A DNA stretch of 57,114 nucleotides, filler included, from Sluysia triapertura (Eukaryota): NCBI GenBank assembly GCA_046118255.1. It is 4 parts of 4 records of this genome, joined end to end, with 100 filler letters (N's around TTAATTAATTAA, not from the genome) between each part and the next. Parts side by side here need not be neighbours in the genome. Positions count along the whole stretch, not along the records: positions 1 to 13,180 come from JBJNIA010054550.1; 3 more parts are not named here. The stretch is one strand, 5' to 3'. Both the position numbers and the translations under genes were made by a program. Every line of letters starts with the position of its first letter. Within the stretch, counting starts at the first letter, position 1. The notes beneath the pieces are model-generated. The model searched no databases. It was not told the origin of the DNA and worked only from the letters and a program-made list of their open reading frames with translations. Shown in pieces: positions 1 to 13,280 of this stretch.

Positions 1-147
1 ACATCTAAAAATAAAAGTACTACAGGTGGTCAAGTACTTCTATACTACATATTACTTCTATACTATATAATACTATAAATTATATAGTGTATATATATAG
101 TATATATATTGCATCTTATTACATTAATTTATTTTATTACCTTAATA

Positions 148-197
148 CAGTGGTGTCAAAGTGGCGGCCCGTAAAGCAAAAAGGTTTGACACGACTG
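148..197. mobile_element. 50-bp hAT-like mini-element (almost only TIRs)
   Basis: CAGTGGTGTCAAA ... TTTGACACGACTG terminal inverted repeat (12/13 match), with a GCGGCCCG subterminal motif typical of Buster/Charlie hATs; 8-bp TSD poorly conserved. Confidence 0.6.
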
Positions 198-699
198 TAC
201 TAAATAGATATCCCAATTCAATTCGTAATGACATTTAATATTGTTGCTGTATCAATGATAATCCGTCATTGATTTTTGGTGCTACTATTGTTGTGTTGTA
301 CTAATATTTTATTATGACCAATAATATTTCGAATTTCATTCTATAAATAATTTTATGTATTTTTTTTCCAATGATGTAGCCAATTTTTGCTATAATATCG
401 ATTTGTTCATAATTTAATTAATTTATTTAATAATTTCTATTTGTTAGTTAAAAATCAATTATCAAATATTATTAAAACAGATAGAAAATCTGAATACATT
501 TTTATTTAATATTTTCCTTTTCGTTACAAGCAGCGAGGAAGATCAAGAAATAATTATTTATAGATATTTAATGCACGACTAAGTAATTGAGGATGTTACT
601 ATAGTAATTTATTTAATTTACGTCAAAAAATCTTTGGAAATAAATTATTATTACCATTATTATTAATGATTATTATTTTTGTTTTTCATGATAATTAAA

Positions 700-1095
700 A
701 ATTAATAATTTTACATTCTTGTATCGAGCTGAAGTTTTGAAACTTTTTATAAATATGCCCAGTACAATTTAAAATAATTTGCGCTTCATAAAACGTGAAT
801 TTTTAATAAATTACTTTCAATTTTAATTTTGTGTTAGTTAAACCTCATGTAAAAAGAAGAAATTGTAAGATTGCAGACACTGATGATGTTTTGAGCGGAA
901 CCAAAGCCATTCCGATGAAGATGCTTTATTTGTTATTAGTATTCTGTCACGAGCGAAGAAAAACAAGTATGTGTGGCACATGCGACAATTATGTTTGTAT
1001 TTTACATTTGTAATGAGTGTTTAAATATGTAATTTATTGAAAATAAAGAAATATGTTTTTGGGTAATGTTTTCTTATCGATAATCCTAGGGTTAA
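700..1095 (+). mobile_element. piggyBac transposase 3' remnant and right end
   Basis: Frameshifted translation ...LVKPHVKRR...RCFIC...RRKTSMCGTCDNYVCILH..CNEC resembles the piggyBac C-terminal Cys-rich domain; ends CCTAGGG|TTAA at 1085-1095; left boundary approximate. Confidence 0.7.
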
Positions 1096-1716
1096 TTTAG
1101 TATGTATGGAAAGTAAATTTATATCAAATTGGTTCAGAAAAATAGCAACATATGACAAAAAATTGTTCGAAAATATGAACAATGAATTTAAAATAAATAA
1201 ATCAATTATCTAGTTCATTGAAAATATGAGATAAAAATAACAAAAATGGAAAATAGCAAAAATGAAAGCTAAAATTAAAGAAAAATAAAGGTAAAAAATA
1301 ATCAAATAAAAGGTTATAAAAATGAAAGATAATTAAAATTGAAGAAAATACTTCATTAAAATGAATTGCAAAAAATAAGAGTCTATTTTAAATCTTAGTT
1401 ATTGATTTTATTGATTATGTATCAAATACTAAGCAGTCAAAAATGGCTGCTAAAAATTGATTTGCAGAATTCCAAGTGATCTAAATGTCGAAGAAGAATT
1501 AAATGAAATGTGTAAAATAAAAAAAGATATGAGTGAGGATCTCAATACTCGTCTATGAGGTCCAACTGCCAATGAAAATCGAGATTTAGAGTAGAAAAAT
1601 GTAAACGGTATTACATAAGGTATTACAAAAAGTATAAATGTATTATTCTTAAACTATTTGCGAACTTGACACACAGTCACATAAAATACGTTGTAGTGTG
1701 TTTGTTGTTAGTTTCT

Positions 1717-1902
1717 CACTGGATCCCCTTATAACTCGACCCCCAATAGCTCGAATTCGTGTAGCCCATACATCTCTCGTTGATAATTATACTATTTTTA
1801 TTGTTCTATGTTTATATTCGCTTTGCATTAAGTTACAATTCTTATAACACCAATTCCTATAACACACGGTACGTAACAATCGCGTTACACGAGAATCCAC
1901 TG
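1717..1902. mobile_element. pogo/Tigger-like MITE, degraded
   Basis: Imperfect TIRs CACTGGATCCCCTTATAAC / GTTACACGAGAATCCACTG (14/19); internal TATAAC subrepeats. Confidence 0.45.
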
Positions 1903-2167
1903 TCATTGAAAATGGATTCTTACATAATTTGCAACTTTTATTCAATATTTTGTATCAAAGAACGCCACTAAAATCTTGATATTTTTTCAATGAAATATTA
2001 ATAAATAAACCGTGATATTTTAATATTTTAAAAGATGAAATCATTTAATTCTATAAAGAATGTCATGTTCTCATTGTAACATGGTGGAATAGTAATGAAA
2101 GTATCGACTATTTGCTTTTACTTAATGAAAATTAAATGGTTTAGGGTCCGAAAACGTTCAAAGCGCA

Positions 2168-3260
2168 TTACGAAGCAACCAAATACAGTAATCCCCAATA
2201 AATAAAAAGAACAATACTTGAAATTGTTATTATCTGACAATTCCATAGTCTGTATACCTTCGATATCTCGTACAACTGTATTAAAGGTATATCTAATGTG
2301 GTATCATACCAATGAATAACACTATCACTAATTCCAGTGCGAAACATACACCCACTCACGATTATTAATGACCCTTGCAAAGGTGTCTTAGGTAGTCGAT
2401 CAAAAATGATTACTATTTGGCCAAATATATTTATCAATAAAAAAGCAAATAGTCATTACTCAATTAAGCATTGATATAAGAATTACAGTAAATATTATAA
2501 TGATTAATCTTTAACGTAAGAATTTGATGACCCAACATAATGATAAATGAAGCCAGATTCATATAGGAATTTTTCCACTGAAACTACTAACCGAATTTTT
2601 CAAATGGCGTTTCAAATAATTTCGTGGTTGTCATAATTATCAATAATATTAATAAATGAGCTATTATTGTAAGATAGCTCATTCATTTTATTGAATTCCA
2701 GATTATCCGGTTTGCAAAAAGGAACAAAAGGAGCATGGATGGACAGAAGGATTTTGAACATTGGTTTTAAAATAAATGGGCCCCAGAAATTCGAGTTTTT
2801 TTTAAAGTAAAGATGTGCTGTCCCACCAACAGTGACGTCATCAAATAATTTATTGAAATATTTTTTTGTAAAATATGTCAACCAATGTCAAATAAATTAA
2901 GAATAGGACAAAGCACCGTACAATTCTCAACCAGTCTTTCAGTGTTCACGGTGTATATAGAAAACAGAGAGTTCTCTCGAGGGTACCTCAAAAGGACTGC
3001 CACAGAAGACAGTACTGTTATTAGATAATGCTCCTTGTCATCCAAATGAAAACATACTGAAAACAGGCGACAGCCTTGTAGCTGCACAATTTTTACAACA
3101 TCTTTAATGCGATTTTTTGTAGTGGAAATCAATTGTTAACAGCGCCGTATACTTATGCAATACTTAATCTTCTATTTGACCTTTTTTGTACTTTCTAAAT
3201 TATTCGTAATTCATCCATATTATCGTTATAACCAATAACACATTCGGGTTCACGGATTGG
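2168..3260 (-). pseudogene. Decayed intronless ORF, family unrecognised
   Basis: ORFs 2612-2881 and 2168-2437 share one frame, separated by a few stops; ORF 2878-3132 joins by a frameshift; GC raised above flanks. Confidence 0.4.
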
Positions 3261-5317
3261 TCGTTTTTTAGTACTTGGAATTTTTAAAGTAAATTATCAT
3301 CACCAGGTATTGAGTTCTTTACATATTACAATTTATTGAAATATTCGATATAACTGCACACTTCGTTAGTAACAAATTTATTTAAATTATTTATTTACAT
3401 ATTCAAATTTAAATTCTATATATGACGTCACAAATTATTTTTTTTAGAAATTTATTTTTAAAAATTTAATATTCGTACAAAATAAAATTAAAAATAAAAA
3501 AGTAATAAATGTAATAAAAATAGTAAACTGTCAGCAATATAATACTCAATAACATTAATATCAAATAAAATGTTTAAATGTTTGATGTTATAATGCTTGA
3601 ATAATCAGTTTAATTAAAAATTATATAGAGGTAATATGAAATCAAAATTTATAAACATTAAATATTATGATCGATTATGTTAACAAAATTATTTTAAATT
3701 GACATATTTTAATAAATGGTAATAATAATAATATGTGCAAGTATTGAATATTATCGTGAAATGGTGAGCTGCAAATGCATGTATGTCTAATTAACAAATG
3801 TGTGCATTCAATAATGATTTGTAAAACTGATTTTATGTGAACTATGTAAAATTACTAAAAGTTAATCTATAAAATATTGAATAACCGTATTAATAGTGAA
3901 CCATTTGTAAATTGTATAGAATATGCTGTACTGACTGAAACTATAAATTAATTTTATTTATTAGAATTAGTTCAAGTAGTAATTTTTTAGAATTATTATT
4001 AAAAATATCATTAGAGAAATAGTCCAAGTAGCCACAAAACAAAAAAATAAATAAAACACAAGAAGAATCATTGCGCGTTATCGAGATAATAAACAGTGAT
4101 AATCGAGTTATAACAAGGAGTATAAATTTGGTATTTATTTATTCATTTAATAAGTAAAGAGAGGATTGAGGAATCCAGTTTGAGGAAGTTAGTTGATAAC
4201 TTGAATTTATTAATTAAGCACTTCCATCTCGAACAACGGAGACGAGATTTACTATAAGAAAACTATTAAATAAGAGAAATTAGAAGCTCTTGAATTTAAT
4301 AAGAATAAGAATTGTAGATTAAAATAAAATTAATATGTGAGACTGGTTAAGACTTGATAAAGCTAAAAGAAAAGTAGAACAGTAAATCATAGGTCGCCAA
4401 GTCGATTTATAGAAGCCATATTATCAATGTTATAGTAAAATAATAACACATTGATTGATAAATTTATACTCAACTATGTGAAACTTTATTTCTACAATAC
4501 TATAAAATATAAAAATTAACTAAGTTATATTATTAAGAGTTTTAATATGTTAAGTGCGATTTTATATCTAAATTTAATTTAGGAAACCTTACATGAACTG
4601 GAATTCTACTTAGTCGAAACTGATAATGAATATAAGTCAAATTATCCCAAATGTACGATAACAATGTTAATTTCTTTCCAATAAATTCTCAGATTCTAAG
4701 TTCTTTAGACTGTTAAAAGATTGAAGATTCGTAAATTTTGTTTCTGATATATCAAATCTTTATGTTATTGTTATAAGTCTTTGTTGAGTATTTGTATCAC
4801 TGAGAAAAATTGCAATTATTTTAATCATAAATCATGTTTTGTTTTTGAACACCTTTTACTGTGATTTTTATTGTTAGTTTAGTTATACTTTAAACATTTA
4901 TTATTTTATTATTCACTTATTATTATATAATTATTCAGTTATTACCAATGACTACATGCTCCTTGATAATATAGAAAATTATAAACATACATTTGTAATT
5001 TAATAATAATATAGGATTGTCCAATAGAAAACAATATTTATTTAACCAATAAAGAAAAAATGTAAATTGAGAAATATAAACAAAACATCATTCGTCTGTA
5101 AATCTGAAATGTATTCGCTGACACAGTGCCGGTGCTAAGCACGGAGTTAATCTTCTTCTCAATTGTTGGTGCATTCATTTCATCTGCCCACAAAAAATGT
5201 CAGCTTTTTCAAGTCGCTTCGCCTCATATTCCACAAAATAATGTTTTTTAAGTGATAGTTATATCTGAAACAATTATTTAATTATAAGATAGAAATTAAA
5301 AACATTTAAAAAAGGAT

Positions 5318-5569
5318 TTAACCTTTGTTCGTCAACCGAATGTAATTGTGACGTTTTAGTCAACCTGGGGGGTAATTTGAAGATACAGGAGAGCGATGAT
5401 GAACTTGGGATGGACACATAAAAAAACCTGTGTAAAAAATATGTTGCTTATATCTGTGCTTATAAAGTGATAAAAAGGTTTTTATGTCAGTGATAAAGTT
5501 TTAAAGTTATTCACATTTTTCTTCCCATGGGGGGTAAAATTACCCCCCAGGTTGACTGACAAAGGTTAA
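5318..5569. mobile_element. piggyBac-like non-autonomous element with TTAA TSD
   Basis: TTAA|CCTTTGTTCGTCAACC ... GGTTGACTGACAAAGG|TTAA; subterminal 20-bp inverted repeat GTCAACCTGGGGGGTAATTT / AAATTACCCCCCAGGTTGAC. Confidence 0.85.
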
Positions 5570-6411
5570 TAATACATTTAAACTAAACATATTTCTTCAT
5601 ATTTATAGACGATTTACATATTGTCTTTATTAGTTAAATAAATATTATTTTCTATCGGACAAGACTGTCATTCCAATCATATAAGAATATTAAAATGATA
5701 ATATTAAAATACTGATAACAGTTATAAAGTATGATTTAGTTTAAGCTGCCGAATATTTGAGTTCTGATAGATATTATGATCGTCCAGAAAAAGGATATTT
5801 TCTTGATAAAAATTTATGGTACATGATTAAACGTTATTGTTATTGTGAGTATGTTAATGTTTGTGTTTCATCAACTCTTTGTAGGTCCTGAATGTATAAT
5901 CTTATTTTTCTATCAAATAATTTGTATTTTTATTTAAAATCGCTATTAAAATCTTGAGCATTGTTGTAATGTTAGACTGATCCAAATTTTTCAATTCTTC
6001 GATGAAATTCGAAATATTTAATGAGTTCTCCCACCTTCGAATTTTTGTAAATTTAGAACTCTGTAGGGTTACTAAAATCAGACTGAATAAATTGAAGAAA
6101 AACTCGATTTATTATGGTTGATTTGTATAAGTAATCAGACATATGTTAAGATAAAATTTCCAATTATAATATATATTATTTAATTAAATTCATATGAAAA
6201 ATTCATTTTCCATTGAAACACTATCACTAATACAGTAATCAATGAATGGAAAATCTAAAGAGAATTCTGATTTGTTTTACAAATGATTTCAACATTCCAA
6301 TAATTCACACGATTATTCAATTATTATTATTACTATTTTGTTATTATTAGGTCTAAAGTGCCACAGAATAATGATAGTATACTTGACTATAATAAAATAA
6401 AATTGTTAGAT

Positions 6412-6581
6412 GGGGTTGGTAGCACAGTGGTCAGAGCGAGGTGTCGGTTCGATTCGCGGTCAGTCCTCATTTGGTGAGACCACATATCGAATACCATTCT
6501 GATGTTGAAATTAATGATTCACAAGATGCTTGAGGTCAATCATAATTGAATGGGATGAGATATGTGGGGTATAGGCTTAAA
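6412..6581 (+). mobile_element. tRNA-derived SINE-like element between 31-bp direct repeats
   Basis: A-box-like TAGCACAGTGG and B-box-like GGTTCGATTC; direct repeat TTGACTATAATAAAAYAAAATTGTTAGAYGG at 6383-6413 and 6582-6612; related head near 7190. Confidence 0.55.
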
Positions 6582-6612
6582 TTGACTATAATAAAACAAA
6601 ATTGTTAGACGG

Positions 6613-6900
6613 AGCTGATAATATTATTGACCTGGGGCAAAATCTCCAAGACCAACTAAAATGCCCCGTATCCCTAGACACACTTGTAGCTAGAGCTCTT
6701 GGTTCTTGGGATCCAGAAAATGATTCTGTCCTTAAAAAGTTTGGTTTGGCAGACCATTGTATCAAGCTAGCCCTAGAATCTTCTTTTAATATCTATAAAG
6801 ACCATTCTCTTCAGTATCCAACTTAACTATTAATTATCTACCTTTGTGTGGTGAATAATGTTATGTTTCTCTCTTTTTACCCCTTTAATACATTAATAAA
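6613..6900 (+). mobile_element. 3' fragment of an RLE-type non-LTR retrotransposon (NeSL/Utopia/R2-like)
   Basis: LDTLVARALGSWDPENDSVLKKFGL...SFNIY matches the (I)VG(A/S)LGSWDPxND motif at the C-terminus of restriction-like endonuclease ORFs; stop at 6826, AATAAA near 6895. Confidence 0.7.
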
Positions 6901-7175
6901 ATCCTTCGAATTTTCCAATACAACTATAATTATCTTTTCCTCTTTATGAATGTTTGTAAATCTTCCCATTTTTCCTTTTGTGTAATGAATTGTTGTAAAT
7001 ATATATATAAATAAATAATCAATCAACAGCAGAACAGAAGTACCATAGACAATAAATTTGTGATCCTGGACCATACATTCTTATTTACATTTACTTTGAT
7101 CCTTTATACATATTTATATAATTATTATTCATATTTATAGTGTGTAAATACCTGTCATAGTTTTAAATTCATCGA

Positions 7176-7226
7176 ACTGCACAGCTATGAAACGAGAGGT
7201 GCCGGGTTCGATTCCTAGTCAGTCCA
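7176..7226 (+). mobile_element. Second SINE head fragment
   Basis: GAGGTGCCGGGTTCGATTCCTAGTCAGTCC versus GAGGTGTCGGTTCGATTCGCGGTCAGTCC at about 6438-6466. Confidence 0.5.
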
Positions 7227-7862
7227 TGTATTGAAGTCTAACATTAGTATTAATATTAGAATTATTATTATTACAGCGAGATCTTCAGAATTTGTTCCAT
7301 TATTTCTACTCATTTATTTTAATTGGTGATAAGTTATAGGTCGAGTTACAATGATAATTTACCGTAAATTCTGTTGACCCTTTCTCGACATAAATAAAAT
7401 AGAGTAAGATTCAAAATAAAAATATTATCTTACAAACTAACAAGAAACAGAATATGGTTAGAAGTACTACTTTTACAAGTTATATTAATCAAACACCAAT
7501 GCTATTGGATTATTTTTAAAATAGAGTGACAGAAAAATAAGATGTGGCAAGTATTTTGGTAATAAAGATATGCAATAACGAATCACAAAACTCTTCTTGT
7601 TTTGTGTTTGTCATACAAATTTCTGATGTTTATGAATTAAGGCCAATAACTATTCAATTTTCATCAGATAATATATTCATTATAATTAAATTTTCTTTAT
7701 TCAACTTTCTGTGATAATTGCATCTTATGGTTGATAGCTCGTTTTTCTTTATACTAATTTTATAATTAATAATAATAATTTTATATCATTTTATAATAAT
7801 AAAAATTTTTATCGTTTAAATTTAAAACTTAATATCATTTATATTTTAAAATACATTCATTA

Positions 7863-8058
7863 TTAACCCTTTGAGGTTATTTCCATTGAATCCCCTCTAC
7901 AGGTCCTATTTAATTCCAGCGAAAACACAAAATTTTCACAATAAAATTGACTCAAAAAAAACATACTCAAATGGAATTTAAATTATGTAATATTTATATA
8001 ATAAAACGTGAAACTTGCAATGTCGGGGTTGCCATGGCAGTGGATCGCAAAGGGTTAA
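7863..8058. mobile_element. piggyBac-like MITE
   Basis: TTAA|CCCTTTG ... CAAAGGG|TTAA. Confidence 0.65.
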
Positions 8059-9469
8059 CTGTAGAAGAAATTCGAAAAGTCGCTGACAACTACAATATCG
8101 TTGTGAAATTTTCGTTAATAAACTCGATTGTTTTCAATTAAAAATAGTCGAAATTATGACAATTAATTAAAACAAAATTATCGAATTTTAATTATAAACA
8201 AGTATCAGTTGTGTTGTAAATTATTTTCTAATATTAATTAGTTATTAAAAAATAACGAAGCAACATCTATATCATTATTATTATCATTATTATTTTCTAA
8301 TAAAATGTTGAATAACGTCTTTCAGAATATTTTGTAAAATAATTATAATGTTAGAATATTTTAATGATAATTTTAAGTCTTAGTTTATACTTAACTTGAG
8401 TTTAAGATGATTATTTTCTAACACAAAACAATAATATCTGGAGGTTATTGTTCACTCGTTTCTGGTGTAAGAGATGGATGTGCAATTTTGTTTGATTAAC
8501 TTTAAAATTGAAGCTCTTCTCCTCAAAATCAAATAATATAAACTAAACTCACTAAAAGTGTATTTATCAAATGTAAGTAACAACTTTGATACAAGGTCTA
8601 TGAAATGTATAAAACGAAATAATTCGAACAATATTATCAATATAAAATATACCACACGTAATTATTTTTGGTGCTCGTAAATTTCTTTTAAATTTAAATT
8701 GAACACTTTAATTATTTTAAATGTTATTCTGATAAATATTAATGTAACTTAAATTATAAAATTTCAGTTATTTAAATACCTTTGACTCAATTGTAATTGT
8801 ACAACAAATACCTTTTACTCGAACAGCAATTGAATATCTTCGATGAATAACTTCTTCTTCTTCAATAAATAATCGAATACCAAACTGATATTTGAAACCA
8901 AATCGATATCTTGATAGAAGCCGACATTTTTTAATTTTTTGTAATACAAAAATATATAGTAAAATTACTTTTTTGATATTATTTCATTTACACTATATTT
9001 CATTATTATTTTTATCTACTAATTTTAATTACTACTATTTTATTCACTTATTGTTTATTGTTTATTATGTTATTACTTTTTGACTTAATTTTTAATTTAC
9101 ATTATATTTTTTTATGTTATAAATTTTAACAATAATTTTATTGCTTTTTAATACAATTTATTATTGTTTTTTATTGTTTTTTTTTGGATGTAAATTTTAT
9201 ATAATTTTATATAAATTTATAAATTTTTATATAAATAATAATAATAATGTCACGGTGTTTAAAGAAGATGGTAATAATAGCATTAATAATAAGCGATAAT
9301 AAAACAATAAACATAATAATAATGATAATATTAATAATAATTTTATAACACTAATTTGTTAGGACATGGTGTCCATAAGAAAAATAGCTTTATTTATTAT
9401 TCTAATAATGCATAGCGCCTATTGTAAACATCATTAATACTAAAAATTTCACACGATGTGCAACTCGAC

Positions 9470-9725
9470 TACTCTACTCGAATTGAATTCTTACCTCGAA
9501 TCACTTTTGTTTCTGGGATTGTTTCAGTATCCACTATTTCGGCAAGAATCTTACAACCAACACTCAAGATTAATGCAATGTTCATTATTTTTTATTGTGA
9601 CCATAGTACTATTTACTAATGTTCCGGAAACTAGCATTGTAGTACTTGACCCTGTCAACAATGCGAGCTTTTATGATTTTGTGTTGAAATTAAACGCAAG
9701 TTTTATTGAAATAAGGATTTTTGTT
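9470..9725 (-). mobile_element. Possible retroelement aspartic protease remnant
   Basis: Frameshifted NPYF...IIKARIVD/TGSSTTML resembles the ALVDTGSS active-site motif. Confidence 0.3.
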
Positions 9726-9836
9726 TAATTAATTTAAGGAATAATATATTACTTAAAATAGCACACCAATCGCAGCTAATTTAAAGCTAATTTAAAGTCT
9801 AGTTTAAAATATACAAAAAGTATTAAGAGTTAATCA

Positions 9837-10041
9837 NNNNNNNNNNNNNNNNNNNNNNNNNNNNNNNNNNNNNNNNNNNNNNNNNNNNNNNNNNNNNNNN
9901 NNNNNNNNNNNNNNNNNNNNNNNNNNNNNNNNNNNNNNNNNNNNNNNNNNNNNNNNNNNNNNNNNNNNNNNNNNNNNNNNNNNNNNNNNNNNNNNNNNNN
10001 NNNNNNNNNNNNNNNNNNNNNNNNNNNNNNNNNNNNNNNNN
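9837..10041. other. Assembly gap (205 N)
   Basis: Run of N. Confidence 1.
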
Positions 10042-10497
10042 AATTGCTTTACAAGGATGAATATCAAGAAACATCATTAAATATAAAAGTATGTTTCTTT
10101 TAAATATAAAAAATTTATACATATTTTCACTAAAAGCAATTTAATTAAGTTAAACAACGTAACACCAAGTAAATTGCATCATTAAATATTACTGTTTTAC
10201 ACTTTTTAACCTCTAAGATATATTTCACATTAAACATTATTTGTTTCCTAGATGTAATTTTTAAAAATTGTCTCATTTTGTTTATTACGATTTTAAAATT
10301 TTGCTTGCACTACAAAAATGAAAGTTATCAACAATAATAATAATTCATCTAAATGAGTTTGTCTGAAGCGTTATTGATATTTAAATTCACGAAAAAGAGC
10401 TATTTTAAATACGCTAAAGAAAAATATTTTCCAAGTGATTTACGAATACTTTTGTTTTGTATATTTTGAGAAATTTAAAAAATGCATTTATTTTTAG

Positions 10498-10701
10498 AAT
10501 GACCATTCAAGTCAAGGTAAATCCCAATTTCGTGGCAGTGGTACTTCAATAAATACTATTGCAGAATTTAACCTTGGAAAATTACCTAATGGTCAATTAT
10601 TTACAAAAGCAGCAATGTACAAAGGCACAATTGTAGCTCTAAAACCAATCAATAAAAAAAGAATTGATATTACTCGAGAATTATTAATTGAAATTAAAAA
10701 G
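10498..10701 (+). CDS. Internal exon of a receptor (NPR-like) guanylyl cyclase, start of the kinase-homology domain
   Basis: TTTTTAG|...|GTAATA, 204 nt, open: ...GQLFTKAAMYKGTIVALKPINKKRIDITRELLIEIKK (cf. NPR1 [36 protein letters not shown]); other exons not found. Confidence 0.85.
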
Positions 10702-11818
10702 GTAATAATTATTATTACGAATTAATTATTATTAATAGTGTTATTATGTATTGTGAGTTTTTTTAGTGATAATAAAAGTTATTGGAACTTTTTTTGTTTC
10801 AAAATAAATATTGTATTATTATTAAAGAAAAATTCGAAATAATAACATGAAAATTTATTTTTTAAAAGATTTAATTTTTGTTCGTGTTCCACCTATAAAT
10901 AGTGTTATAATTATTATTAATAATTTTATAACAATATATAAAAAATTTGATTAAGAAATATGAAACATTTTTAAAACATCAGGAAATATAAAAATAATCT
11001 CCGTAAACAAAAACAAAACCTTGCCGAAATCTTTTTATAAACGACTATCTGTTAATTTTGAGCATCAAATAATCTCTTATCTTGTTTTAAATTGGAATTA
11101 AGTTTTCATTACAGTTACTTAACACTTCTTCAACACCATTCTGAATTTCGGCTGCAATTAGTCTTAATTATTCCAAAAAAATTCCTCAATTGGATTCAGC
11201 TAAGATATATCAGATGGAAGGAATTTAAAACCAATTTCATTGGACGTCAAGAAACTCATGGCAGACAGCTGATAGCTTACATTAGCCTTTATTCTCTTTT
11301 TACATTATTATCTTATTGTATTTTTTAATTCATTTTCATAAAATTTTTTATATTTCCTAATAACACTGTAAATTTTTTAATTTTATTAAAAATTAATAAT
11401 AATAATAATAATAATTAATAATAATAATACTGTAATAATAATAATTTTTATTTTAAAATTATGCATAAAATTCACCGATAACATTATGTAAATCTGAACA
11501 ATGTATTTATGTATTACAAGAAGCGGAAATGAGAGACTTAGAAATAGCATAAATTATTTTATTTTCTAATTATATTTTCTAATTATATCTAAAATTATAT
11601 TGCAAAAGATAATAATAAATATTCAGCATTCAAAAAACTAAAATCGCAATTGTGTATTCTGTGTATGACTCGTTTTCATATTTTATTATCTGCAACGTAA
11701 GTATTTGTATATTAAAGTTCTGATTTTAACATCTATTTATTTTCGATTAGGTTATTCTTAGTGGTTGATTCAATATTAATTCTAACATTCCATATTTTCT
11801 TTTAAAAATAATTAATAT

Positions 11819-11820
<2 letters not shown>

Positions 11821-11873
<53 letters not shown>
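11821..11873. repeat. (AAT)n microsatellite
   Basis: Perfect AAT run. Confidence 0.95.
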
Positions 11874-11875
<2 letters not shown>

Positions 11876-11884
11876 TAGTAATTG

Positions 11885-12640
11885 ATATTGCCCTGACGAA
11901 CACTGCTTAAGTACTCAAAAGCGCTTAAAGTAAATTGCTATGGTTTCCTTAATGCTAAATCTACGACAAATTAAAAATTGATACAGTAAATGTCTTACAA
12001 CTAGTCGTTGGAGTCTCTGTAACTAACAAGTTGAAAATCTAACATGTTCCTAAAAAATTTATTGTGACAATTATATCAATTTATCAAAAATGAAGAATAA
12101 TACTTAATTTGTATTGACAATACGTAAAAAATTTTAATAACACAATAACAAGAAATAGTGTAGTTTTTAATTAAAATTATTTAGGAATCTTTAATTTGAT
12201 TAGAAATTTTAATAATACAATAACAAGAAATAGTGTAGTTTATAATTAAAATTATTTAGGAATCTTTAATTTGATTAGAAATTTTAATAATATAAAATTT
12301 CTCTCATTTTATCGCGGAAAAAAACAATATTTAATTAAAATGTTACAGTAATATTTTAAAATTTTTATCTCCTTCAGAAAGATAAAAATTTCCGTAAGCA
12401 TGGAAAGTAAATCATCTCCAAAAATCCAAGAATTATCCCAGTAAAGAATCCAGATAAAGCATGTGACAAAAATTTGAGTTATTGAAAAATAACTGCAAAT
12501 TTTAAAATGGCTGACAATTGTAACATGGCGATCAGTCAATGAAAATCGATAGAATGTTCTAGAATATTCTAGAAGCTTCTAGTCTTTTCTTTTTGAAAAA
12601 TAAATGTTTTTTAGATCTTTGGAAACTTTTAAAATTTTTT
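11885..12640 (+). repeat. Dispersed repeat (LTR-like family), copy 1
   Basis: 11885-12030 matches the reverse complement of about 50390-50510; 12480-12640 (GAATGTTCTAGAATATTCTAGAAG) matches the reverse complement of about 49030-49240. Confidence 0.7.
12129..12292. repeat. 75-bp tandem duplication (about 2.2 copies)
   Basis: Unit AAATTTTAATAA...TTTGATTAG starts at 12129, 12204 and 12279. Confidence 0.9.
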
Positions 12641-13180
12641 AATAATATTTTACATAATTTTAGAGGGTCGTGATAGCAACCTAACAAAATCATTCACCAT
12701 AATATTTCTGTAACAGAAAGAACTTTGACTTTGTCTTAAATATTTCATAATATTCCATTAATTTGACATTCTCTGGTAACTGATTGTATATTTTTGAAAC
12801 AAATGGTATACAACCTAGCTTATTAACTAATTAATTAATTAATTAAAATAATAAATTAATAAATAATATCGTAATAAAAATATATTAATAAAATATAATT
12901 TTCGATTTTACAAATGATTAGACAATGTTTAATTTAAAAATTAATAATAAAATAAAATAATATTATTATGAAATATAATATATTATGAAATGTATTAACA
13001 TACATATTATAGTAAACAAAGATCAAATTCGATTTGATGATTACTGAGTATACAATTAAAACATAAAAGGATAAAGTTTGCCGCCAATAAAAATATTGTG
13101 AAAATAAAAATATAATTTTAAAATTAATTATTTTTGTTTTAAATTTTAAATTTCATATTATATAAAAATGAAAATAAAAC

Positions 13181-13280
13181 NNNNNNNNNNNNNNNNNNNN
13201 NNNNNNNNNNNNNNNNNNNNNNNNTTAATTAATTAANNNNNNNNNNNNNNNNNNNNNNNNNNNNNNNNNNNNNNNNNNNN
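13181..13280. other. Artificial scaffold spacer N44-TTAATTAATTAA-N44
   Basis: Identical 100-nt structure occurs three times; the core has stops in all six frames. Confidence 0.95.

Noticed and set aside
6412-6466. Functional tRNA gene
   Set aside because: The A and B boxes are too close together and no anticodon arm or cloverleaf can be formed; treated as a SINE head.
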